In this document: positions 8,197 to 15,671 of the stretch, one piece after another | Layout of the letters: each line of letters starts with the position of its first letter | Numbering within the stretch: position 1 is the stretch's first letter | NCBI GenBank assembly: GCA_965261915.1 | Contig: CBDHDW010000013.1 | Span: 1,408,491-1,472,490 of the forward strand | DNA from: Candidatus Poriferihabitaceae bacterium | GTDB lineage: Bacteria; Pseudomonadota; Gammaproteobacteria; Arenicellales; Poriferihabitantaceae | Direction: 5' to 3' | DNA length: 64,000 nt | The notes under the pieces: model-generated | Told to the model about the DNA's origin: nothing | The model's input: the letters and a program-made list of their open reading frames with translations, nothing else | Database searches by the model: none | Made by a program: the position numbers and the translations under genes

Positions 8197-8955
8197 TTAT
8201 CTTCCTCCCGCACAATCAAGAATCGCGCCCGTGCAATACGATGCCTTGTCGGACAATAACCAGACTATCGTCTCGGCAATTTCTTCTGGTTTACCGGGTC
8301 TCGCTAGCGGTATTGCGTGTCGCACCCGCTCCAACCTGCCCGGTTCACCGCCTTGAGCATGAATATCCGTTTCGATAAAACCCGGTCTAACCGCATTAAC
8401 ACGGATGCCCTCTTTCCCAACTTCATTTGCCAGACCAATCGTCATGGAATCAATTGCGCCTTTGGAGGCAGCATAATCTATATATTCATTCGCCGAACCG
8501 ATTCGGGACGCCACCGAAGAAACATTAACAATACTACCGCCAGCACCCCCGTATCGAGCAGACATTCTTAATACCGCTTGCTTTGCACACAAAAAACTTC
8601 CCCTGACATTGGTAGCAAAAACCCGATCCAGACGATCCGAATCCATTTCGTCAAGGCGCATTTGCTGCTCGAGAGTGCCGGCATTGTTTACCAGTCCTGC
8701 CACTACTCCAAGCTCGTTTTCAGCAAAATCAAACAGCCCTGCAACAGATTCTTCATCGGCAATATTGGCTTCATACACCACGGCAACGCCGCCGGCGCTG
8801 CGAATGCCGGAGACCACGGAGTCAGCCGAATTTTTGTCATTCATGTAATTGACGACGACCTGCCACTTTTGCCGCGCAGCCAGTGCTGCCGTTGCCGCAC
8901 CGATACCGCGCCCCGCGCCCGTGACCACCAAAGTATTACTCTTGGTGATATTCAC
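8197..8955 (-). CDS. SDR-family oxidoreductase
   Basis: 252 aa. TGAGRGIG, NNAG and S...YAASK catalytic motifs. Confidence 0.9.
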   Translation of the reverse strand: MNITKSNTLVVTGAGRGIGAATAALAARQKWQVVVNYMNDKNSADSVVSGIRSAGGVAVVYEANIADEESVAGLFDFAENELGVVAGLVNNAGTLEQQMRLDEMDSDRLDRVFATNVRGSFLCAKQAVLRMSARYGGAGGSIVNVSSVASRIGSANEYIDYAASKGAIDSMTIGLANEVGKEGIRVNAVRPGFIETDIHAQGGEPGRLERVRHAIPLARPGKPEEIAETIVWLLSDKASYCTGAILDCAGGR

Positions 8956-9066
8956 GCAATATTCACACTCAGAATGATAGCGTTATCCTGTTTTTTCTTA
9001 CCCGTTAATCTAAACCAATGAAACCAATTTATCACGATGCCGCCAACAGTTCCAGTTTTTTACGTA

Positions 9067-10716
9067 ACCCAAATCCCCAGATAGAGTAGCATCAGCGCTT
9101 CAGGGCTCGGTGAATCCCTCTTTCAAGCCTTGTGGCTGGCCATTACAGCAAATTATGGTGGCTAGTGCCGAGAGGTTTACTCAAAAACCGCTTTCGGTGC
9201 ATTATCAGTGCTAAATCGGCTATTTTTGACGCACCTGTCCTGCAGAAGCCGTTATTCTTGTTCTATGTCGGGTTAAATGGGCGGCGCTTCAAACTCCTTC
9301 AGTGCCAGCAGCACTCGTTCCAGTAGTAGTCGGTGGTTTTCCCGCATTTTTACCAAGAGTTGACGTCCCGTCCTGACCACTTTTGCCGCGATGGCGTACA
9401 GACACCAGCGCAGAGTTATCGCACGGTGCCGGGACAACTCCACCGGCAGCAGAGGACGCATGAGGGCACATAGATTGTAGGAGAGTGCGGAGATTAAAAA
9501 GTACAGCACATTGGCAGCAAAATCTGAACACGGCAGGGTGTCGCCACCAAAATCTCGTTTCAGTTCCTTGATTCGGTTCTCGCTGTCCTCGCCACGCTGG
9601 TTGTACCAGTGGACAATCTCGCTATCGCTCAGGCTATCCCGATTAGTGGCAATCGCACGATAAATATAAGCACCTGAGTTTATTTCCTCTGAACTGTTTT
9701 CTGAGTTATCTGATGAATCTAAATCCAGACTCGCCTGGCCGGTAACGGCTGTTCTCTGAATGATAAGGGTGAAGGGTTTTTCATACTCACCGATGCAGAA
9801 ACTGGTGCGGTAGGTATCCTGACCATTGACCGCTTTGTCTTTTTTATCCAGCAAAGGCTGCCAGTCCGAAGCGCTTGCCGCTGCTATCTGCGCGCGCAGT
9901 GCGGCGCTGGTCTTGGCGCGAATGGCATACTCGATACCCTGCTTATCACAATACTCAATGACTTTTGTTTGGTAGCCGGCGGCATCAATACGCAACGCCT
10001 TCACGGTACAGTCTTCCGGGAGCGACTGCTGGCATTGCTGGATAAACGGCTTATTATCTTTCGCTGGCGGCACATTGCCTTGACGGAAATCCACGGCCAC
10101 GATCTGCCCGGTTTCCGCAATATGCCCGACCATCGGCATAAAACCCTTGTTCTTGTTGTAAGTCCACCGTGCACCCGCTTTATGGGCAATAATCTCGGTG
10201 GCATCAATGTCCAGTGTGACTTCCTTACAGCGATGCAAGGCTACCTTCAATAAGGCTTTATTCACCTTTACCCAGGCAGCCTGGATTTGCGGCTGGCTTC
10301 CCATTCGCCTGAGCCAATCTCCAATCGTGGTCGCCTGGGGAAGTTTCTTGAGATCCAGCACGGTGCGCAGTGCTTCATCATCCTGAAGGTGGCGAACCTC
10401 ATCCAGGTGAAAACTGCCTTCATGCTGCATCAGGATGAGGGTCTTGATGAACTCCGAGGGCTTATACCCACGATTGCTTTTAGGCTGGGGGAAGTGCTTG
10501 TCGATTCGCTCAGACAGGTTCAGGGAGTCCATTAGTTGAGCAATCGCCAATAAACCGGCACGAGAGGTGAGTAAATCGTTCGTTGTATCGAGTTTGTAGG
10601 GTAGAATAGTCATCAGCCTTGAGCTGTGCACCCATTGGGTGATGGTGGGTTTAAGAGCAAACCATTATACAGCCAAGGCTTCCTGCGTTTAAGAGATTTC
10701 TATCTGGGGATTGGGG
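9067..10716 (-). mobile_element. IS1380-family insertion sequence, copy 2 (~1650 bp)
   Basis: Same IRs as copy 1. Left flank CGTA, right flank ATAC (10717-10720). Lacks the 12-bp linker insert and has a 1-bp deletion near 9190. Confidence 0.85.
9273..10631 (-). CDS. IS1380-family transposase (452 aa)
   Basis: Near-identical to 4531-5901. Confidence 0.85.
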   Translation of the reverse strand: MHSSRLMTILPYKLDTTNDLLTSRAGLLAIAQLMDSLNLSERIDKHFPQPKSNRGYKPSEFIKTLILMQHEGSFHLDEVRHLQDDEALRTVLDLKKLPQATTIGDWLRRMGSQPQIQAAWVKVNKALLKVALHRCKEVTLDIDATEIIAHKAGARWTYNKNKGFMPMVGHIAETGQIVAVDFRQGNVPPAKDNKPFIQQCQQSLPEDCTVKALRIDAAGYQTKVIEYCDKQGIEYAIRAKTSAALRAQIAAASASDWQPLLDKKDKAVNGQDTYRTSFCIGEYEKPFTLIIQRTAVTGQASLDLDSSDNSENSSEEINSGAYIYRAIATNRDSLSDSEIVHWYNQRGEDSENRIKELKRDFGGDTLPCSDFAANVLYFLISALSYNLCALMRPLLPVELSRHRAITLRWCLYAIAAKVVRTGRQLLVKMRENHRLLLERVLLALKEFEAPPI

Positions 10717-10720
10717 ATAC

Positions 10721-12371
10721 ACCCAAATCCCCAGATAGAGTAGCATCAGCGCTTCAGGGCTCGGTGAATCCCTCTTTCAAGCCTTGTGGCTGGCCATTAC
10801 AGCAAATTATGGTGGCTAGTGCCGAGAGGTTTACTCAAAAACCGCTGTTCGGTGCATTATCAGTGCTAAATCGGCTATTTTTGACGCACCTGTCCTGCAG
10901 AAGCCGTTATTCTTGTTCTATGTCGGGTTAAATGGGCGGCGCTTCAAACTCCTTCAGTGCCAGCAGCACTCGTTCCAGTAGTAGTCGGTGGTTTTCCCGC
11001 ATTTTTACCAAGAGTTGACGTCCCGTCCTGACCACTTTTGCCGCGATGGCGTACAGACGCCAGCGCAGAGTTATCGCACGGTGCCGGGACAACTCCACCG
11101 GCAGCAGAGGACGCATGAGGGCACATAGATTGTAGGAGAGTGCGGAGATTAAAAAGTACAGCACATTGGCAGCAAAATCTGAACACGGCAGGGTGTCACC
11201 GCCAAAATCCCGCTTCAGTTCCTTAATCCGGTTCTCGCTATCCTCGGCACGTTGATTGTACCAGTGAACAATCTCGCTATCGCTAAGGCTATCCCGATTA
11301 GTGGCAATCGCACGATAAATATAAGCACCTGAGTTTATTTCCTCTGAACTGTTTTCTGAGTTATCTGATGAATCTAAATCCAGACTCGCCTGGCCGGTAA
11401 CGGCTGTTCTCTGAATGATAAGGGTGAAGGGTTTTTCATACTCACCGATGCAGAAACTGGTGCGGTAGGTATCCTGACCATTGACCGCTTTGTCTTTTTT
11501 ATCCAGCAAAGGCTGCCAGTCCGAAGCGCTTGCCGCTGCTATCTGCGCGCGCAGTGCGGCGCTGGTCTTGGCGCGAATGGCATACTCGATACCCTGCTTA
11601 TCACAATACTCAATGACTTTTGTTTGGTAGCCGGCGGCATCAATACGCAACGCCTTCACGGTACAGTCTTCCGGGAGCGACTGCTGGCATTGCTGGATAA
11701 ACGGCTTATTATCTTTCGCTGGCGGCACATTGCCGTGACGGAAATCCACGGCCACGATCTGCCCGGTTTCCGCAATATGCCCCACCATCGGCATAAAGCC
11801 CTTGTTCTTGTTGTAAGTCCACCGTGCACCCGCTTTATGGGCAACAATTTCAGTGGCATCAATGTCCAGTGTGACTTCCTTACAGCGATGCAAGGCTACC
11901 TTCAATAAGGCTTTATTCACCTTTACCCAGGCAGCCTGGATTTGCGGCTGGCTTCCCATTCGCCTGAGCCAATCTCCAATCGTGGTCGCCTGGGGAAGTT
12001 TCTTGAGATCCAGCACGGTGCGCAGTGCTTCATCATCCTGAAGGTGGCGAACCTCATCCAGGTGAAAACTGCCTTCATGCTGCATCAGGATGAGGGTCTT
12101 GATGAACTCCGAGGGCTTATACCCACGATTGCTTTTAGGCTGGGGGAAGTGCTTGTCGATTCGCTCAGACAGGTTCAGGGAGTCCATTAGTTGAGCAATC
12201 GCCAATAAACCGGCACGAGAGGTGAGTAAATCGTTCGTTGTATCGAGTTTGTAGGGTAGAATAGTCATCAACCTTGAGCTGTGCACCCATTGGGTGATGG
12301 TGGGTTTAAGAGCAAACCATTATACAGCCAAGGCTTCCTGCGTTTAAGAGATTTCTATCTGGGGATTGGGG
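10721..12371 (-). mobile_element. IS1380-family insertion sequence, copy 3 (~1651 bp), head-to-tail with copy 2
   Basis: Same IRs. ATAC on both sides (10717-10720 and 12372-12375). Confidence 0.85.
10928..12286 (-). CDS. IS1380-family transposase (452 aa)
   Basis: Near-identical to the other two, with a clustered patch of substitutions at 11198-11267. Confidence 0.85.
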   Translation of the reverse strand: MHSSRLMTILPYKLDTTNDLLTSRAGLLAIAQLMDSLNLSERIDKHFPQPKSNRGYKPSEFIKTLILMQHEGSFHLDEVRHLQDDEALRTVLDLKKLPQATTIGDWLRRMGSQPQIQAAWVKVNKALLKVALHRCKEVTLDIDATEIVAHKAGARWTYNKNKGFMPMVGHIAETGQIVAVDFRHGNVPPAKDNKPFIQQCQQSLPEDCTVKALRIDAAGYQTKVIEYCDKQGIEYAIRAKTSAALRAQIAAASASDWQPLLDKKDKAVNGQDTYRTSFCIGEYEKPFTLIIQRTAVTGQASLDLDSSDNSENSSEEINSGAYIYRAIATNRDSLSDSEIVHWYNQRAEDSENRIKELKRDFGGDTLPCSDFAANVLYFLISALSYNLCALMRPLLPVELSRHRAITLRWRLYAIAAKVVRTGRQLLVKMRENHRLLLERVLLALKEFEAPPI

Positions 12372-12397
12372 ATACCCATGTTAGTCCAAAGCAGTAA

Positions 12398-13150
12398 TGT
12401 CCCCTTTTGACTTCTTCAGGAGCGGTTATGACACCGATTTTTTGCTCCTGCAAAATCGGCATACCGTACATCTATATTAGTGACCTAGTGGATGTATTTC
12501 GTGAAGTTCGCAGGGTATTGAAGCCCGATGGCACATTCTGGCTTAATATCGGTAATACATATTCCTCCGGTGGTAGGAAATGGCGCGATGCTGATGATAA
12601 AAACAAAGGGCGTGCTATGTCTTACCGCCCACCTACCCCACCCGGACTAAAGAAAAAAGATTTAATTGGTGTGGCTTGGCTCTTGGCTCTTGAATGCCAG
12701 AAAGATGGTTGGTATCTACGCAACGACATAATATGGAATAAACCAAATTGTCAGCCTGAAAGTGTCAAGGATCGGTTGACTATTTCTCACGAATATCTAT
12801 TTATGTTTTCAAAGTCTGAACGGTACTATTTCAACCAAGATGCTATAAAAGAAAACACAACAAATGGTAATGGAATAAAAAACAAAAGAACTGTGTGGTC
12901 AATAAATACTGAACCATGCCCAGAGGCTCACTTTGCGGTATTTCCCAGGGCATTGGTTCGGCCTTGTATTTTAGCTGGCAGCAGAAAGGGAGACCTCGTT
13001 CTAGACCCTTTTTATGGTGCTGGGACGGTTGGCATTGTTACTAAAGAACTTGATAGGAAGTGCGTGGGTATTGAGTTGAATGACGAGTATATAGACATAG
13101 CAGATAAACGAACTGAAATAGTCCAGTCCTCCCTTATACTTGAGGTATAA
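12398..13150 (+). pseudogene. 5'-truncated beta-class N4/N6 DNA methyltransferase
   Basis: Has REVRRVLKPDGTFWLNIGN, NDIIWNKPN, SHEYLFMFSKS, HFAVFPRAL and C-terminal motif I VLDPFYGAGTVG. The N-terminal (D/S)PPY motif IV region is absent and there is no credible ATG. Confidence 0.7.
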
Positions 13151-13902
13151 CAAACTCCCACTCTGCATGCACACGACAATAATCTTTGTTCAAGCTCTTG
13201 ATCTGCAATTTTCTTTCACCGCCGCCATCAAAATACAAGTTTAGTATTGTGGTATCTTGTTTATCATGTGCATAACAATAACCCGGTTTTGGAAATTGCT
13301 TGCTATTCAGTTTCATTTCAAGTTTCCCTCCGCTGGCAAGCTCTAATACTGATATTGGAATTTCCACAAGTTCGTATTTCCTAGTGTAGCGACTTTTGGA
13401 GAGTACGGAGGGTGAAAATCTTTTCATGGCTTTCCATATGCCTAAAAAACTGATTTCTTAAACCTACGAGATCAGTTGGGCTGTCACCCCAATCTCCTTT
13501 TCCCAGTTCCATAAACTTGCTTATCCATAGCGTTTGTTCTTTTATATTTTTATCTGCTTGGGTTTTTAATGACAACTTAACTCCATCAACGGTGATGTCA
13601 TGACCAGGATTTCCTTTCGGAGCCAATTCGGCTTTGTGACCACTCAGGTTTAAAACATTTACAAGGACGTGCTCAAATTTATCTTTACTGAATGGTTCAG
13701 ACGAGAAGCTATGATGTACACGCATTGCGTCACCGAAATTTTGCAATGTGATTTCATCAAATAGATCACTTTCATTCAGAGTGAATTCATAGTCGGCAGC
13801 GTACACGGAAACAACACGTTGAATCCGGTGTAATTGACCAGCTGTCAAATCTGGGATTGACCGAACTAATGATTCTATTATTTTTTGTTTATCGTGGTTC
13901 AT
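13134..13902 (-). pseudogene. frameshifted type II restriction endonuclease-like gene (two overlapping ORFs 13381-13902 and 13134-13427)
   Basis: PD-(D/E)xK-like GHDITVDGVKLSLKT. The reading frame switches within 13381-13427 (...KIFTLRTL / SKSRYTRKYELVEIP...). Convergent with the methyltransferase gene, overlapping it by 17 bp. Confidence 0.55.
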
Positions 13903-13923
13903 GCCTTCCTCATTTCTTTTCTC

Positions 13924-13995
13924 GCCTAACGCCTCGCATCAGCGGCTGAGGGGAGCGTCAGCTCACCGAAGTCCGACTGAATGCGATTGTTATAC
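13924..13995 (-). other. integron attC recombination site of the cupin cassette (72 bp)
   Basis: Read on the - strand: R'' GTATAAC (includes the cupin stop), L'' TCGCATTCAG, L' CTGATGCGA, R' GTTAGGC (= GTTRRRY). One bulged base in the L arms. Confidence 0.8.
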
Positions 13996-14301
13996 GCTGC
14001 CTTCATTTTCAACAACCAAAATTCGAGCCTCTCCAATTGGGTGCGCAACGTGTTCCGTGCCAGTAGAGGCGTAAAAGATATCACCACATTTTAGTATTGT
14101 AGAATTCTCCTCGCCATTTTCTCGGTAAAACATTTCTATCTCACCATCGAGTACCACAAAAACTTCTTCACCGTCATTTATGTGCCATTTATATGGCTGA
14201 TCAGTCCAATGTAATCTCGTCGTGATTCCGTTCATGTTTGCTATGTTTTTAGCTCCCCATGCCTTAGATGCCTTATATTCTTTTCCTTTTATGATTTCCA
14301 T
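13990..14301 (-). CDS. cupin-domain protein (integron cassette ORF)
   Basis: 103 aa. GEEVFVVLDGEIEM...GDIFYASTGTEHVAHP is the two-motif cupin signature. SD AAGG lies 7 nt before the ATG. Confidence 0.85.
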   Translation of the reverse strand: MEIIKGKEYKASKAWGAKNIANMNGITTRLHWTDQPYKWHINDGEEVFVVLDGEIEMFYRENGEENSTILKCGDIFYASTGTEHVAHPIGEARILVVENEGSV

Positions 14302-14336
14302 AAAAATGCCTTCATCTGTGATTCATTGCGAAATGC

Positions 14337-14420
14337 GTATAACCGTTTCTTCTACGACACGTGTCGTATATTACGGTGGTCGTAAATTTATCGGGGGTGT
14401 TTGGACAATACATAGGCTTC
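14337..14420 (-). other. attI region; cassette insertion point G|TTATAC at 14343->14337
   Basis: GTTATAC on the - strand is the exact reverse complement of the cupin attC R'' GTATAAC. It lies between intI and the first cassette. Confidence 0.6.
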
Positions 14421-14626
14421 TTCCTTCCTGATCAAGGCGTTAGTGTGTGTGTTGAAATACTTTATCACGATTGATATACGAACGGTGTTGTATATTTAAT
14501 GACGCATATTTTGTTTTTGATTTTTAACGAATATGACTTAACCTATTGTTAATTAATCGAAATATGGAACATGACGACAGAGTGGTTATTTGTGATATCC
14601 GTCGTGCGTATATTTTTCGGTTGCGG

Positions 14627-14655
14627 TTGTAGAAAAATAGTAATCAGGATATGAT
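14627..14655 (+). promoter_or_regulatory. candidate intI promoter
   Basis: TTGTAG (14627-14632), 17-nt spacer, TATGAT (14650-14655), about 20-30 nt upstream of the intI start. Confidence 0.4.
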
Positions 14656-14676
14656 CATTTCAGGATTAACACAAGG

Positions 14677-15669
14677 ATGTGGATTATGGAAAATGTCAGG
14701 CTCCTGTTGGGGGACTCCAATCGCTTTTTTGATCGCTTTCGACGATATATTCGTTCTCAGAACCTCGCCTGGAAAACAGAGAAAACCTATTGCTCCTGGG
14801 TAAAGCGCTATATTCTGTTTCATAAAAAACGACATCCTGAGAATTTGACTCGATTGGATGTAGAGTCTTTCTTGCATGACCTGGCCGTGAACAGAAATGT
14901 TGCGGTGAATACACAACGCGCTGCGCTAAATGCGCTTTCTTTTCTTTACAATCGATTTCTGGATTTACCATTAGGTGAGCTAGAGTTCACCGGCGCGAAA
15001 AAATCACCTCGCATTCCGGTTGTATTTTCGCATCCGGAAGCGGTGAAAATTATGGCTTATCTCGCGAGTCCATATAAATTACTAGCTTCGATGATGTATG
15101 GATCGGGTCTCCGTGTTTCTGAAGTAGTGAGTCTGCGATATAAAGATATTGACTTCAGTCGAAGCACGATCGTGGTTCGTAGTGGCAAGGGAAATCGTGA
15201 TCGAGTCACCATTCTTCCCGAAACCCTTGTTGAGACATTAAAGCGACAATGCGAGTACGTTGGGAATTTACATGACTACGATAAATTACAGGGTTACGGG
15301 GAGGTCTATTTGCCAGATGCGCTATCAGGGAAGTGCAAATCAGCTGCAAAATCTCTTGCATGGCAATACCTGTTTCCGGCGAAAGAAAGCTCGGTTGATC
15401 CGCGGTCAGGTGAGATCAGACGCCATCATATTCAAACGAGAGCGGTGCAAAGGAAAGTGAAACAAGCGGTTGTGGGACTTGGGATAGAAAAGCATGCAAG
15501 CTGTCACACATTCCGACACAGTTTCGCTACGCAATTATTGCAGAAGGGCTACGATATACGGACCGTTCAGGAATTATTGGGGCATTCGGATGTGAAGATT
15601 ACCGAGATTTATACCCATGTTCTGAAGCAAGGGGCAAATGCGGTGCGCAGCCCGGTTGACGATCATTGA
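14677..15669 (+). CDS. intI: integron integrase IntI (tyrosine recombinase); alternative start at 14686
   Basis: WKTEKTYCSWVKRYILFHKKRHP, GLRVSEVVSLRYKDIDF, the IntI-specific insertion LPDAL..K...AAKSLAWQYLFPA...DPRSGEIRRHH, then CHTFRHSFATQLL and LGHSDVKITEIYTHV. Confidence 0.92.
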   Translation: MWIMENVRLLLGDSNRFFDRFRRYIRSQNLAWKTEKTYCSWVKRYILFHKKRHPENLTRLDVESFLHDLAVNRNVAVNTQRAALNALSFLYNRFLDLPLGELEFTGAKKSPRIPVVFSHPEAVKIMAYLASPYKLLASMMYGSGLRVSEVVSLRYKDIDFSRSTIVVRSGKGNRDRVTILPETLVETLKRQCEYVGNLHDYDKLQGYGEVYLPDALSGKCKSAAKSLAWQYLFPAKESSVDPRSGEIRRHHIQTRAVQRKVKQAVVGLGIEKHASCHTFRHSFATQLLQKGYDIRTVQELLGHSDVKITEIYTHVLKQGANAVRSPVDDH

Positions 15670-15671
15670 CT

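Noticed and set aside
10626-10931. 101-aa + strand ORF spanning the copy 2/copy 3 junction
   Set aside because: It is a chimeric reading frame built from the non-coding IS ends and created by the tandem arrangement. No RBS or family resemblance.
12378-12384. GACTAAC on the - strand as the R'' box of the missing attC of cassette 2 (expected GCCTAAC)
   Set aside because: It is a 6/7 match immediately beside the IS end. However, the methyltransferase gene is already truncated upstream of it, so an intact cassette end is not expected here, and nothing of an L box remains to test. Probably coincidence.
14560-14676. LexA box controlling intI
   Set aside because: I searched by eye for CTGT-N8-ACAG around the putative promoter and start codon and found none. 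Absence is noted, not proven.
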